This document shows, piece after piece, positions 16,444 through 25,870 of a stretch of 64,000 nucleotides of DNA; position 1 is the first letter of the stretch, and each line of letters begins with the position of its first letter. Made by a program: the position numbers and the translations under genes. Location of the stretch: IMG/VR virus record IMGVR_UViG_3300018472_000401, positions 26,563-90,562 of that record, one strand, 5' to 3'. Below the pieces are notes generated by a model that ran no database searches, had not been told where the DNA came from, and saw only the letters and a list, made by a program, of their open reading frames with translations. This DNA comes from a virus. Lineage: Duplodnaviria; Caudoviricetes.

Positions 16444-18047
16444 TATATTGCCTTTTTAAGTTCGTTCTTGGATAATGTCTTGCAAAGAGCCTCGCAGAGA
16501 ACTCGTGCCATGTTTACCTCAACCGCATTGCCGATAAACTTCTTTTGGTCTGCCTGTGAGCCTACCAGCACGTAATCTTCGGGAAAGCCCATAATCTTTT
16601 TCAGTTCGGGTATTTTCAGCATACGCATCTTGATGTCGATAATTCCGTAGAGAGCCATAAACTCCTTGATTTTAGCCGTCATCGGGCTATCAGTTGAATA
16701 GACTTCAATAAACACCTCGCCCGTTTCCGCTGTAACAAGATAAGGTGGCATTTTATCCATTCTTGCAATCAGGGTGAAACATGGCTTTTCGACTGAGCCT
16801 CCGACATTCTTGTATTGAGGGTTCATCAAGTAGTGGCGTTTGACCGTTACAAGGTTGAATTTCGGGTTGGTCGTTACAGTATTAGCCGGGACATCCACGG
16901 AAGCTGCCGTACCATTCCCGTACTGCATATCAATGAATTGTTCTGAACGAATAAGGGCTAACCTGTCTTTCGTTGTAACGGTGGGAGAGGGCATTTCAAC
17001 GGAATGGTTATTCCCGTTTCCGTAGTATGCCGATATAAACGCATGGTGGTCTATGGTCGTGATAGTCCCAGCTGGCTCGTTTACGGAGGTGTTCTTGCTG
17101 TCAGGATGTCCGCTGTACTGCTTTGAGAGGAAAGCGACCTGTGCGACCCCAAGCCTATTTTGCGTTGCCACCGTAGGACAAGGTTCATCAATACCTGGTG
17201 CATTATATTTCCCGGTTCTGCTCATGGAATTGTATTTAACAAGAAACGCCTCCTTGCCTCCTGCAATGAATTTTACCAGCCCAGCATATATACGCTCCAG
17301 TGTCTTTTCCGACAACGGTTTATCCCTGAATATCGTTTTGCCCTCGTCTGCGAAGTCAAGAACATCCTTGACGGGCTTCCACTTCGCCAAAGAGCCGAAC
17401 AGCGTATTTGTCCCGTTCTTGTCGTGGGTCTGACGTGGGAAGACAATAGGCAAGCCACCCTTTGCGAAGATGCCAAAAAAGCGTTTCCGGCTTGTGTATG
17501 CACCATAATCAGCAGCGTTGAGTATGCGGTGGTCAAACCTGTAACCGTATGATTTTACTTTGCGCACCCAACGGGTATAACTCTTGCCCTTATCCATAGA
17601 CACGGGCTTGCCGTTCTCGTCCACCTCACCCCAACTCATAAATTCCTCCACGTTCTCAATCTGAATATAGTCCGGGGCTATGGCTTCGATGTATCGGAAC
17701 AAATGTTCGGCAAGTGTCCGGCTGTCGGCATCCCTTGGCTGACCTCCCTTTGCTTTCGAGAAGTTGGTACATTCAAGTGAAGCCCACAAGACTACCAGCG
17801 CACCGGGATTGTCCTCACGGCACTTTTTCAGATGCTCTACAAGTGGGGACAATTCAAGCGTCCTGATGTCCTCCGTGAAGTGCAGCGCATCGGGGTGGTT
17901 TGAAGCGTGGGAGGCTATCGCATTTGCATCGTGGTTTACGCAAGCAATCACATCAGCGCATTGCTCACCGTTCAATCGTGCGGAATTTACGCCCGTGGAA
18001 GTTCCACCAGCACCGCAAAAGAGGTCTATGTATAATAACTTTTTCAT
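16443..18047 (-). CDS. dcm: C5-cytosine DNA methyltransferase
   Basis: IDLFCGAGG (motif I), SLECTNFS (motif IV, EC instead of PC), IENVEEF, R.RFF, IGNAV. Confidence 0.9.
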   Translation of the reverse strand: MKKLLYIDLFCGAGGTSTGVNSARLNGEQCADVIACVNHDANAIASHASNHPDALHFTEDIRTLELSPLVEHLKKCREDNPGALVVLWASLECTNFSKAKGGQPRDADSRTLAEHLFRYIEAIAPDYIQIENVEEFMSWGEVDENGKPVSMDKGKSYTRWVRKVKSYGYRFDHRILNAADYGAYTSRKRFFGIFAKGGLPIVFPRQTHDKNGTNTLFGSLAKWKPVKDVLDFADEGKTIFRDKPLSEKTLERIYAGLVKFIAGGKEAFLVKYNSMSRTGKYNAPGIDEPCPTVATQNRLGVAQVAFLSKQYSGHPDSKNTSVNEPAGTITTIDHHAFISAYYGNGNNHSVEMPSPTVTTKDRLALIRSEQFIDMQYGNGTAASVDVPANTVTTNPKFNLVTVKRHYLMNPQYKNVGGSVEKPCFTLIARMDKMPPYLVTAETGEVFIEVYSTDSPMTAKIKEFMALYGIIDIKMRMLKIPELKKIMGFPEDYVLVGSQADQKKFIGNAVEVNMARVLCEALCKTLSKNELKKAI

Positions 18048-18394
18048 TTTACAATCTTGTTAGGTGTCATATCAATATCCCAGTCGAGGATGTTAGGTGC
18101 GCTCGCATGGATTTCACCGCAGCGCATCCCGAAACTATCTTTCACGATTTGCTTTGCCTCCTCCTTTGAGGTTGCGTACACTTTCGCCTCACCCTCGAAC
18201 ACAAAGCGGATTTTCACCATATAGTCCTGCCGCTGCTCCACCGGGAGGTTGAGCCGGAACAACTTGTTTTCAACGTACCTCCTCTTCCGGGCAATCTTCT
18301 TTCGTTCTTGTTCAGAACTGGCTGCACTCTCTTCCTGCTCCAACTCCTTAATGCGTTTTACATACGCTTCTCTTTTGATTTTAATCTCTTCCAT
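18044..18394 (-). CDS. Hypothetical coiled-coil protein
   Basis: Preceded by TCCACAACAACA. Confidence 0.65.
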   Translation of the reverse strand: MEEIKIKREAYVKRIKELEQEESAASSEQERKKIARKRRYVENKLFRLNLPVEQRQDYMVKIRFVFEGEAKVYATSKEEAKQIVKDSFGMRCGEIHASAPNILDWDIDMTPNKIVK

Positions 18395-18472
18395 TGTTGT
18401 TGTGGATTGTTATTTTCTTCAAATCTCAAGCGAGCGCAACTAAATACGCTCGCTTGGAACATTCGTTGCTTT

Positions 18473-19276
18473 TTACTTTTTCGTTGCATTAGGCGCAAGA
18501 TTTCGCCACTTCCTGCGGTCTTCTCCCCGTATCTCGAAATAGTTGCACATTTCGCTTAATCGGCTTGCTACACGGTCGCCATAGCGGTTAAGCAGCTTGT
18601 CGCCTCCCAGTTTTAGGTTGGTGGTAATCAGCGTGAGGCAGTCCGACCTGTCGCCCCGGTACTCAATCAGGGAGCGCATCACCTCCAACCTGTTGCCCAT
18701 ATAAAGCGACTCCAGCGGCTCGCTGCCGAAGTCCTGCACGGAAAGGATATTGCGTTGCTTGAACCTCCGTATGTCCCCGGTTTCGGTATAGGTGTCGCAG
18801 AGGGCATCGGCACGGACGGAGTTCCACGACAATGGGCAGGTGTCCCGTTCCTCGACATATTTCACCTTGAAACCCATTACCCGGCAATACGCTTGCATAA
18901 TATCCAAGCACCAAGACTTTCCCGTGCCAGTCGCCCCGGCTATGTAGATGCCGTGCCTGAGATTTCCCGGTATCACCTGCGATGTTTCGGGGTGTAGGCA
19001 CTGCATCTTCGTGTCGCAGCGGCACCAGCGTATGAAGTTCTCATACGTGAAGCGGTTTTCATCGTCAATCACGAAATACGGGGTGCGGCTCTTGCCGATT
19101 GCCTCAATTATCTGCATTTCCTCCTCCATGTCGTAGTCGAGGTACTGATAACGGGTTATCTGCGCAAACAAGCCCCTTTCCCGGATTGCATTCAGAATGA
19201 GGTCAATTTTCGGGGTCTGCACTTTCACGGTTTTCTCGTTACCGTTCTTGTCCTTGATGTTTTTCGTTACTTCCAT
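18473..19276 (-). CDS. DnaC/IstB-like ATPase (helicase loader)
   Basis: GATGTGKS, QDFGSE, ITTNL, R..SRL.EMC; follows the initiator. Confidence 0.75.
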   Translation of the reverse strand: MEVTKNIKDKNGNEKTVKVQTPKIDLILNAIRERGLFAQITRYQYLDYDMEEEMQIIEAIGKSRTPYFVIDDENRFTYENFIRWCRCDTKMQCLHPETSQVIPGNLRHGIYIAGATGTGKSWCLDIMQAYCRVMGFKVKYVEERDTCPLSWNSVRADALCDTYTETGDIRRFKQRNILSVQDFGSEPLESLYMGNRLEVMRSLIEYRGDRSDCLTLITTNLKLGGDKLLNRYGDRVASRLSEMCNYFEIRGEDRRKWRNLAPNATKK

Positions 19277-20148
19277 TCGTCATTGCAATTTCTGTTGTTA
19301 GCATTATATCTCTTGGCAGCAGCCTGTTCGGGCTTGTTGTCGTAATTTCCCTCATAGACCTTGACCCAGTTCTTGTCGTTCTCGAAAAGCCAGTCGAAAG
19401 ATGCTTTCCAGCCTCGCTTGTTGTCGCCTTTCAGGAACTTGCTCTGCTGCATCTTCTCGAAAATCTGCTTAATCAACGGGAGAGCCTTTTCCAAGCCGCC
19501 CATTTCCGCAATGCGGATGCGCATCTTGTTTTTACGTGGTTCGGAGAGCGTGTACAATTTCGGGAAGCCCGTGCAGGTTTCATTCCACATAGCCTTTATG
19601 TCCTTAAATGGCAATTTCTCTGCTTTGGGCTTTTCCGGCTCAACGGCTTGTGCCTCGTCAGAGGCAGAAGAAAGTTGGTCGTTAGACCCACTCTCTTGCT
19701 TAATATCTTTGATATTATATTCTTTACTTCTTATATTCTTTACTTCTGTACTTGTGGTCGTTTGGCTGGTCGTTTTGTCGGTCGTTTGCAGGTCGTTTGT
19801 TAGTCGCTCTGCTGGTCTTTCTGCTGGTCGATTGATAACATCATCACTTTGGTATTCATCATATTTACAAATAGTTATGACCGAATATTTGTTGGTCGCT
19901 TTGATGGATATTTCGCCAGTCGTTTTCAGTCGTGAAAGGCACGTCCTTATCTTACGGTCTGTCAGTCGTAAATCCTTGCACATTTTATCACGGCTGGTTA
20001 TCAACTGACCACGCTTTATGGTAACGCCCCTCCAAACAACATCCTTGTAGTTTGCGTTCAGCAATAGATACAGGAACAACTGCACCATTTCTGCAATATC
20101 GAACCATTCCCATTGCAGAAACTTATTGTATATTTTAATCCATGCCAT
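19267..20148 (-). CDS. Phage replication initiator
   Basis: N-terminal wHTH (LFLYLLLNAN...RGQLITS), internal iterons, C-terminal W.ASFDWL. Confidence 0.8.
   Translation of the reverse strand: MAWIKIYNKFLQWEWFDIAEMVQLFLYLLLNANYKDVVWRGVTIKRGQLITSRDKMCKDLRLTDRKIRTCLSRLKTTGEISIKATNKYSVITICKYDEYQSDDVINRPAERPAERLTNDLQTTDKTTSQTTTSTEVKNIRSKEYNIKDIKQESGSNDQLSSASDEAQAVEPEKPKAEKLPFKDIKAMWNETCTGFPKLYTLSEPRKNKMRIRIAEMGGLEKALPLIKQIFEKMQQSKFLKGDNKRGWKASFDWLFENDKNWVKVYEGNYDNKPEQAAAKRYNANNRNCNDEWK
19700..19837. repeat. Replication origin: seven GGTCGTTT-type 11-12 bp iterons plus AT-rich tract
   Basis: Copies begin at 19756, 19768, 19780, 19791, 19802, 19814 and 19826; TATATTCTTTACTTCT occurs twice in the adjacent AT-rich stretch. 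Confidence 0.7.
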
Positions 20149-20157
20149 ATCGCTAAC

Positions 20158-21312
20158 TTATTTTCTAAAGTAAACATTCGTCAGTTGCCTATACCCGGAG
20201 AATACAGCCCATATACCCGGCTTTGTCTGCCGCATCATCAACTCGTCAACCCTGCCGAAACGCTTGTAGTTTCCGCATAAATCAACCACCCAACTGACCT
20301 TATCCTTGTACGGACGGATAGCCCTGCCGCACATCTGATAATACAGAGCCAGCGACATAGTCGGTCGGGCAAGTACCACGGTGGAAAGTTCCGGGAAGTC
20401 GAAACCCGTTGTCAGGACACCCACATTTGCCACTACGCTGATTTTTTTCTGCTTGAACAACCGAAGTATTGCCTCACGGTCTGCCTTGCTCGTATCGCTG
20501 CTTACGACTGCCGCAGAAGCACCGCAGTTCCTCGCCACATACTCCGCTTCCTCGATGAACCGGGTAAACACCAGTATCGAAGTCCTCCCGGCTACCAAGA
20601 GCCGCTGGATGATGTTCTCCAACGTGTCGTTGAACTTGATTTCCCGATAGTATCGCCTTACGCTGGCATCGGTATAATCAGCCCCGGTGCTGTTTACTTT
20701 CAGTCGGCTGGTATCTACCACGTTCAACTGGTAATAGTTCATGTTGGCGAGGTAGCCCCGGTTCAGGAGCGTTTTCACGTCCACGTGGTAAAGCACATCA
20801 TTGAAAATTCTTGGGTTCGTCCTCGTGATGAAACGGAGCATTGAACCGTAGAACCTGTTTGAGTAAAGGCGGTACGGGGTTGCCGTCAGTCCTAAAACCT
20901 TGCACTGGATTGTTTCGATGAAGTCCTTGTACATTCCTGCCTCTGCATTGACATAGTGGCACTCGTCAATGATAACGTAGCGGAAACGCCTGAAATAGTC
21001 CTTGCAGTTCTTTACGCTCCCTATGGTCGCAAAGGTGATTTTCTGAACCTCCTTGCGGTTGAATGAAGCCGAGAATATCCCGACATGGAAAACACCGTAG
21101 GAGCAAAGTTTCTCGTAGTTCTGCTCCAATATCTCCTTTGAGGGCTGGAATATCAGCACCGGGGCATCAAGCCGGGCGGCAATATCTGCAATGACAAGGC
21201 TTTTCCCTGCGCCCGTTGGAAGCACAATGATACCGTTTTTCTTGTCGTTCCGCTGAAAGAACGACACTGCGGCATCGGAAGCCTGTTGTTGATAATCTCT
21301 TAACTGATACAT
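20158..21312 (-). CDS. Superfamily 2 DEAD/DEAH-type helicase
   Basis: LRDYQ, PTGAGKS, DECH, LTATP, TTGFD, QMCGR. Confidence 0.9.
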   Translation of the reverse strand: MYQLRDYQQQASDAAVSFFQRNDKKNGIIVLPTGAGKSLVIADIAARLDAPVLIFQPSKEILEQNYEKLCSYGVFHVGIFSASFNRKEVQKITFATIGSVKNCKDYFRRFRYVIIDECHYVNAEAGMYKDFIETIQCKVLGLTATPYRLYSNRFYGSMLRFITRTNPRIFNDVLYHVDVKTLLNRGYLANMNYYQLNVVDTSRLKVNSTGADYTDASVRRYYREIKFNDTLENIIQRLLVAGRTSILVFTRFIEEAEYVARNCGASAAVVSSDTSKADREAILRLFKQKKISVVANVGVLTTGFDFPELSTVVLARPTMSLALYYQMCGRAIRPYKDKVSWVVDLCGNYKRFGRVDELMMRQTKPGIWAVFSGYRQLTNVYFRK

Positions 21313-21328
21313 ATATTGTTGTCTAAAT

Positions 21329-21384
21329 TAGTGCCGTAGGCAGGGGTCAAACCTGCAATCGCTGTCAAAGTCCAGCCCTACGGC
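21329..21384 (-). ncRNA. D-armless tRNA-like element
   Basis: 7-bp acceptor GCCGUAG/CUACGGC, 5-bp T-arm GCAGG-UUUGACC-CCUGC, small central arm containing CUUUGAC. Confidence 0.5.
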
Positions 21385-21406
21385 TACCGTTTAGTTCACG
21401 GCTCGT

Positions 21407-22150
21407 TTACTGCTCGATAATCACGATGTCCGGACAGCGTTCCTTGATGCGCTCCAGCACGGCATCAATCTCACGGTCACGCATTTCTTCCACGAGGTCG
21501 TTTGCCTCCGGGGAAACGAGTGTGCAGGAGAAGTCGGACGGGTTCACGTACACCTCCACAGCGATTGTCTGCTTGGCAGTTCCCTTGAAGATGGGCAGAA
21601 TGAGGGTGAACGCCTCCGGCAGATTGTGTTCCACAGCCTGGTTAATCAGGATGCGTCTGTCGCCACGGTTGTTGTTGCTCTGCTCAATCTCCTTATCGAC
21701 CTTTGCCTTGAAGTTCTGCAAGTCCGTTACCAGCTTCATGGCGACTGACTTGTTCTCGAAGAATGAGCGGTTCATCTTGATGAGTTCAGCCATTTCAAAA
21801 TTGGTGATGTACTCTCCCTCATTGATGCCGAAACGCTTGTACTCCGGGGAGAGGGTCAGAGAGCCAACAACGAGAGTGCCGTAGTGGTTATTCTCGTTGC
21901 ACTGCAGGGCGATTGTCAACTGCTCACGGTTCACAATCACGTGGCAGGTCTTTTCCTTGATGCAGTCGAAACGTGTTTCCAGCCAACGGGCAGCGGCATC
22001 AATCGTACCCTGTATCTTAACCTTGACAGGCTCTTTCAGTTCCACTGCCTTACCCTCACGGATAACGATTTCACCCACGCCAGCAGGAAGTCCGTTGGCT
22101 ACCATTTCAGCAATCTGCTTCTTTACTTCTTCTTTGATTTTCTGTTCCAT
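21407..22150 (-). CDS. Conserved phage early protein (possibly DUF2303/YfdQ-like)
   Basis: 247 aa; C-terminal PEAFTL.LPIFKG. Confidence 0.5.
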   Translation of the reverse strand: MEQKIKEEVKKQIAEMVANGLPAGVGEIVIREGKAVELKEPVKVKIQGTIDAAARWLETRFDCIKEKTCHVIVNREQLTIALQCNENNHYGTLVVGSLTLSPEYKRFGINEGEYITNFEMAELIKMNRSFFENKSVAMKLVTDLQNFKAKVDKEIEQSNNNRGDRRILINQAVEHNLPEAFTLILPIFKGTAKQTIAVEVYVNPSDFSCTLVSPEANDLVEEMRDREIDAVLERIKERCPDIVIIEQ

Positions 22151-22185
22151 TTTGATGTAATTTTGAATGTTTATAAATTGGTTGA

Positions 22186-22614
22186 TTAGCCCTCAGTGCC
22201 AGTTCTCAAAACCGGGGAAAACATGCTCTTCTGCATTTCCTCCGGGCGACCGGGGCGGCAGTAAACAAGCAAGCCCTCACGGTTGTAGTAGCCCACTTCA
22301 CGGGTTTCCGTGTCAACGAACTTGAAGCAAGCCTCCGTGACAAACTCACTCTTGGCTTTCAGTTTCCCGGTTACTTCATCGTTGCTCTCCTCCAACTGCT
22401 TGATTTGGTCGTTGAACTCCTTGTTGGCGGCTTTCTTGTCGGCACGGACATCACGCAGTTGGATGTTGTTCTCAACAAGGCGGTCTTTCAGTGCCTCGAT
22501 TTCCTCATTCGGAAGCTGCTTCGTGTAGCCCAAATCCTCGACCGCATCGCAGTTGTCACGCAGAAAGTCAATTCTTGCCTTTCCCTCGTACTCTTGTCCT
22601 AAAACTTTATCCAT
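22186..22614 (-). CDS. Hypothetical coiled-coil phage protein
   Basis: Operonic, A-rich leader. Confidence 0.7.
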   Translation of the reverse strand: MDKVLGQEYEGKARIDFLRDNCDAVEDLGYTKQLPNEEIEALKDRLVENNIQLRDVRADKKAANKEFNDQIKQLEESNDEVTGKLKAKSEFVTEACFKFVDTETREVGYYNREGLLVYCRPGRPEEMQKSMFSPVLRTGTEG

Positions 22615-22630
22615 ATTGAATTGAATTTAT

Positions 22631-22652
22631 GGGGCAGCGGAATTGCCGCCCC
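22631..22652. other. GC-rich hairpin downstream of the DGR-like target gene
   Basis: GGGGCAGC-GGAATT-GCCGCCCC. Confidence 0.6.
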
Positions 22653-22663
22653 GGTTAGTAATC

Positions 22664-23212
22664 TTATTTCTCTTCCTCCGGCTTGAAAACATAATCAGCC
22701 CAAATCTCAACGAACTGGCGACCTGCGTATTCCGAAAGTTCACTTGTCTTGAAGGCAAGCCGAGAACCAATGCCCGTGCTCGTGTCCGATGAATCGTTGT
22801 ACGTGAGCGCATACGCAACACCGCCATACGCATTCGCATAGCCGTCCGACCGATACACCACACGGCTTTTCTCTTCCTCACTCATTTCGTCAATCTCCGA
22901 CTGGGTATAGAGGTAGAACCACGGGAAATAGCGGTATTCATCCGTAGTGAACTGGGGCTTCCAGCCCTCGTTGAGAGCCGCTGCGATGATGCGCAGTTTC
23001 AGGTAGGCGATTACATCGGCTTCAAGTCCGAGGTCTTTCTTGTCCTGCACCCACTTGTCATGCTCAATGCCTAATTCATTACAGGCATCCTTGAATGTCT
23101 TGACACGCTCCATTACGTTTTGGGGCTTCTCGTCCACGAGTGTTAGCACTCCGTTTACCCATTCGGGCTTCTTGCCGTTAGGCACTTCGATTTCAATCTT
23201 TTTTGAGTTCAT
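22664..23212 (-). CDS. Early phage protein with a DGR variable-repeat-like C-terminus
   Basis: YRSDGYANAYGGVAYALTYNDSSDTSTGIGSRLAF; codon pattern consistent with an AAY-rich template. Confidence 0.65.
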   Translation of the reverse strand: MNSKKIEIEVPNGKKPEWVNGVLTLVDEKPQNVMERVKTFKDACNELGIEHDKWVQDKKDLGLEADVIAYLKLRIIAAALNEGWKPQFTTDEYRYFPWFYLYTQSEIDEMSEEEKSRVVYRSDGYANAYGGVAYALTYNDSSDTSTGIGSRLAFKTSELSEYAGRQFVEIWADYVFKPEEEK

Positions 23213-23393
23213 CTTTTAATCGTTTTACAAGTTGATAATCAATTTCTTTGTTGTCTTTTAACTTCCTGACAAGCAATCCAGCACGGCGTTTGAGGTTATA
23301 CACCCGATTGCTGCCCTTATCGGCTGTCAACTCGATAAATGAGGTCAGGAAGTCAATAACATCTTGCCGCTGCTGGTTGCTTATCATGTGCAT
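23193..23393 (-). CDS. Hypothetical phage protein (66 aa)
   Basis: Operonic position. Confidence 0.6.
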   Translation of the reverse strand: MHMISNQQRQDVIDFLTSFIELTADKGSNRVYNLKRRAGLLVRKLKDNKEIDYQLVKRLKDELKKD

Positions 23394-23404
23394 ATCTTCG
23401 GACT

Positions 23405-23695
23405 TTAGAATGGCAAATCATCCTCATTGCCGGAAGCGGTGGAAGCACCTTGCGCTCCCGTAGCGTTATTGTTCTGATAACTGCTTGGCTTCAATTCCCC
23501 AATGTAGTAGTTCACGCCCTCACGCTGCTGCTCCTTTTTGCAGTGAGCCTTGACATAGTGGGTCATTCCGAACTGCGATACCTCTCTGCGCTTGTTTACC
23601 ACGATATTGAGGTACTTCTTGCCGTTCTTGCCGACCGTGATAAGTTCTTTTGGAATGTCCGTCAGGCATAGGCTTCCGTACAGGTTCTCTTCCAT
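23405..23695 (-). CDS. Single-stranded DNA-binding-like protein
   Basis: Acidic EDDLPF tail; follows the exonuclease. Confidence 0.6.
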   Translation of the reverse strand: MEENLYGSLCLTDIPKELITVGKNGKKYLNIVVNKRREVSQFGMTHYVKAHCKKEQQREGVNYYIGELKPSSYQNNNATGAQGASTASGNEDDLPF

Positions 23696-24675
23696 TATTT
23701 GAGCAAAAATCTACGTGAACCGGGAACTTGATACTGGTAGTTTGCGTAGAGTTCCGGTTTGTCTGCTGCAAACTGCTTTTCGTTAAACTTCGTGCTGTCC
23801 TTTGCCGCTTTCCATGTGGCGAGGATGGTTGGCTTTGCTTTGTTCACTCCGGGAGCAACAAGAGCCTCCGCATCACCGATAGCCATCTTGATGGTATTTT
23901 CAAGTTCTTTCTTGCGGCTGTCAAGCCCTCCAAGTTCCTCCTTGATGGTCTTTAGTTCTGAACACATGGCAATCAGTTCATCGTCTGCCTCCACGCTCTT
24001 GCCGACAACGTGTCTTGGGTTCTTCAGGAGGACATCTTCAACACTGGAAAGGAGCGGTTCTTGCTTGCCCACGATGTTGTCAGTCCAAAACTTATCAACC
24101 TCCTCAATCATGTAGTCGTAAAATTCCTTGTCGAACATCATATCACGGTAGCCGAACTCACGCCCCATAGTGAGCCATGCAAGCGCACCCTGTTCCAGTT
24201 CTGCAACGCCCAACTGATACTGGAGTTGGCAGAACCAGTGCTGCGGCAGGCTGTCCGCATCGACCTCCATCTGTGTTGTCTTGCACTCCAAGATACCCTT
24301 GTTGCGGTCTGACTTGGGTCTGCCCGGTATCCAAAACGTGCGGTCAGGGGACACACGCAGGTACTGCTTTTCGTTATTTACTATAAGCCAGTCCCCAGCG
24401 GAAGCCTTGATAATCTCCTTGCCTGTCTCATCACGGTAGAAAAGGCTTACGGCATCTTCGAGGTAATGCCCGGCTTTCATTGCGAAGTTCTCTTGCTTCG
24501 GAGCGTCCAGCCCCATTTTCCTGCGCCATAACTGATACGGGGTTTCAAACGGGTTCAAGCCGAGGATTGTTCCTACTTCCGATGAACCGATACCGCTCTC
24601 ACGGTGTTTCAACCACTCTTGGCGGTCTTTTGGTCTGATGATTGTGTAGCTCATATTATCTGCAAAGTTTTTCAA
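23695..24675 (-). CDS. YqaJ-like viral exonuclease
   Basis: WL..R..GIGSSE, G..LE, SPDR, LECKT, QLQYQL. Confidence 0.85.
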   Translation of the reverse strand: MKNFADNMSYTIIRPKDRQEWLKHRESGIGSSEVGTILGLNPFETPYQLWRRKMGLDAPKQENFAMKAGHYLEDAVSLFYRDETGKEIIKASAGDWLIVNNEKQYLRVSPDRTFWIPGRPKSDRNKGILECKTTQMEVDADSLPQHWFCQLQYQLGVAELEQGALAWLTMGREFGYRDMMFDKEFYDYMIEEVDKFWTDNIVGKQEPLLSSVEDVLLKNPRHVVGKSVEADDELIAMCSELKTIKEELGGLDSRKKELENTIKMAIGDAEALVAPGVNKAKPTILATWKAAKDSTKFNEKQFAADKPELYANYQYQVPGSRRFLLK

Positions 24676-24910
24676 GTAACATACTCATATCAGCATCACG
24701 GAAGATTTTAGCGGCTACACCGCCATCCATCTTTGTTCGCTTCACGGCTTCAACAAGGAGTTTTCCACTACCCATTACGGCAACAGAAGTTTTGCACTTT
24801 GTTTCCTCCTCATTGCGTTCTTTTTCTTCGATTGCAATTACCAAGATTTCACGTTTTTTACCCTCTTCATTCTGCCAAGTCTCAATGGCTGATTTCAAAT
24901 TTTCTGTCAT
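24656..24910 (-). CDS. Hypothetical phage protein (84 aa)
   Basis: Preceded by CTCCACAACAACA. Confidence 0.6.
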   Translation of the reverse strand: MTENLKSAIETWQNEEGKKREILVIAIEEKERNEEETKCKTSVAVMGSGKLLVEAVKRTKMDGGVAAKIFRDADMSMLLEKLCR

Positions 24911-24949
24911 AATTTTGATGTTGTTGTGGAGCTTGCGCCCCGGTTGATA

Positions 24950-25831
24950 TTATTGTTTAATTTCTCCTGTTTCCTTATCGACATTTTCCGGCACATCGTC
25001 ACTCTTCGTCTTGCCCTGTCGCTTTTGAGCCGCCAAAGCCTTTTCCTTGGCTTCCTCCGACTTCTTCTTTGCTTCGGCAGCTTGTCGCTTCTCCTGAATA
25101 GGCTTCATGAAACTTTCCTCAACGGTGGTCGTTCCCTCCTTGATAGCGTTGGCGGTAGCACGGAGTTCAAACACTGCCTCCTTGTCGATTTCCTCACGCT
25201 TCTTCAATCCGAGATATTCAAGCAGAAGTTCCTCTGACACTCCGAGTTTAGCGAAGTATTGTATCATGTTCTGACGGCTTGTTTCGAGGTCGAGGGACTG
25301 ACCGAGCGCAACTTGCTTGACATCGGCAATTACTCGCTTGGTAACAGCTTTAGGCACGATTTTCAAGACGGCATTACGGAAAGCAATCGCACTGGCAGCA
25401 TTACCCGTAACCACCTGCATATCCTCCGAAAAAGTTTTGCCGTACTTGTCGGTAATTCTGCGCTTGACCTCAACGCTCACGGCTACGTTGGTTTCGAGGT
25501 CGTGGCAGATGCCCTGCGCTGTTACCGTCTTGCCGTCATTGCCGATGATGCGTGTCTGAACACGGAGGTTTCCCCACGCCCCAGCAATGATTTCAGCCAT
25601 ACGGACGGACAACCCCTCAATGGTATTGCTTCCGTTCTGACCGCCTCTGCGAAGCACATAGAAACAGTCAGAGGCTGTTTCAGTGTCCATAGTTGCGTAG
25701 GTCGCAATCTTGTTAAGAACTTCCGGCAGGTTGCGAGGGTACTGCTTTGCCGTTGATACCTGCATATCAATCTCGCTGCGATTGATAGCCTGCAAGACTT
25801 CCGCTTGCTTGATTTCGATAATTTCGCTCAT
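24950..25831 (-). CDS. Putative single-strand annealing recombinase
   Basis: AK.YPR, FY.L.RG, IEG.S.R.AE...AWGN, A.DLETN; near the YqaJ exonuclease. Confidence 0.55.
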   Translation of the reverse strand: MSEIIEIKQAEVLQAINRSEIDMQVSTAKQYPRNLPEVLNKIATYATMDTETASDCFYVLRRGGQNGSNTIEGLSVRMAEIIAGAWGNLRVQTRIIGNDGKTVTAQGICHDLETNVAVSVEVKRRITDKYGKTFSEDMQVVTGNAASAIAFRNAVLKIVPKAVTKRVIADVKQVALGQSLDLETSRQNMIQYFAKLGVSEELLLEYLGLKKREEIDKEAVFELRATANAIKEGTTTVEESFMKPIQEKRQAAEAKKKSEEAKEKALAAQKRQGKTKSDDVPENVDKETGEIKQ

Positions 25832-25870
25832 ATCTCTAAAATTTTATGCCTTGCGGCTGTTTGTTGTTTC

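Noticed and set aside
22627-22881. 84-aa alternate-frame ORF with MRMRM repeats
   Set aside because: By-product of the GCG-NAT periodicity of the VR-like segment
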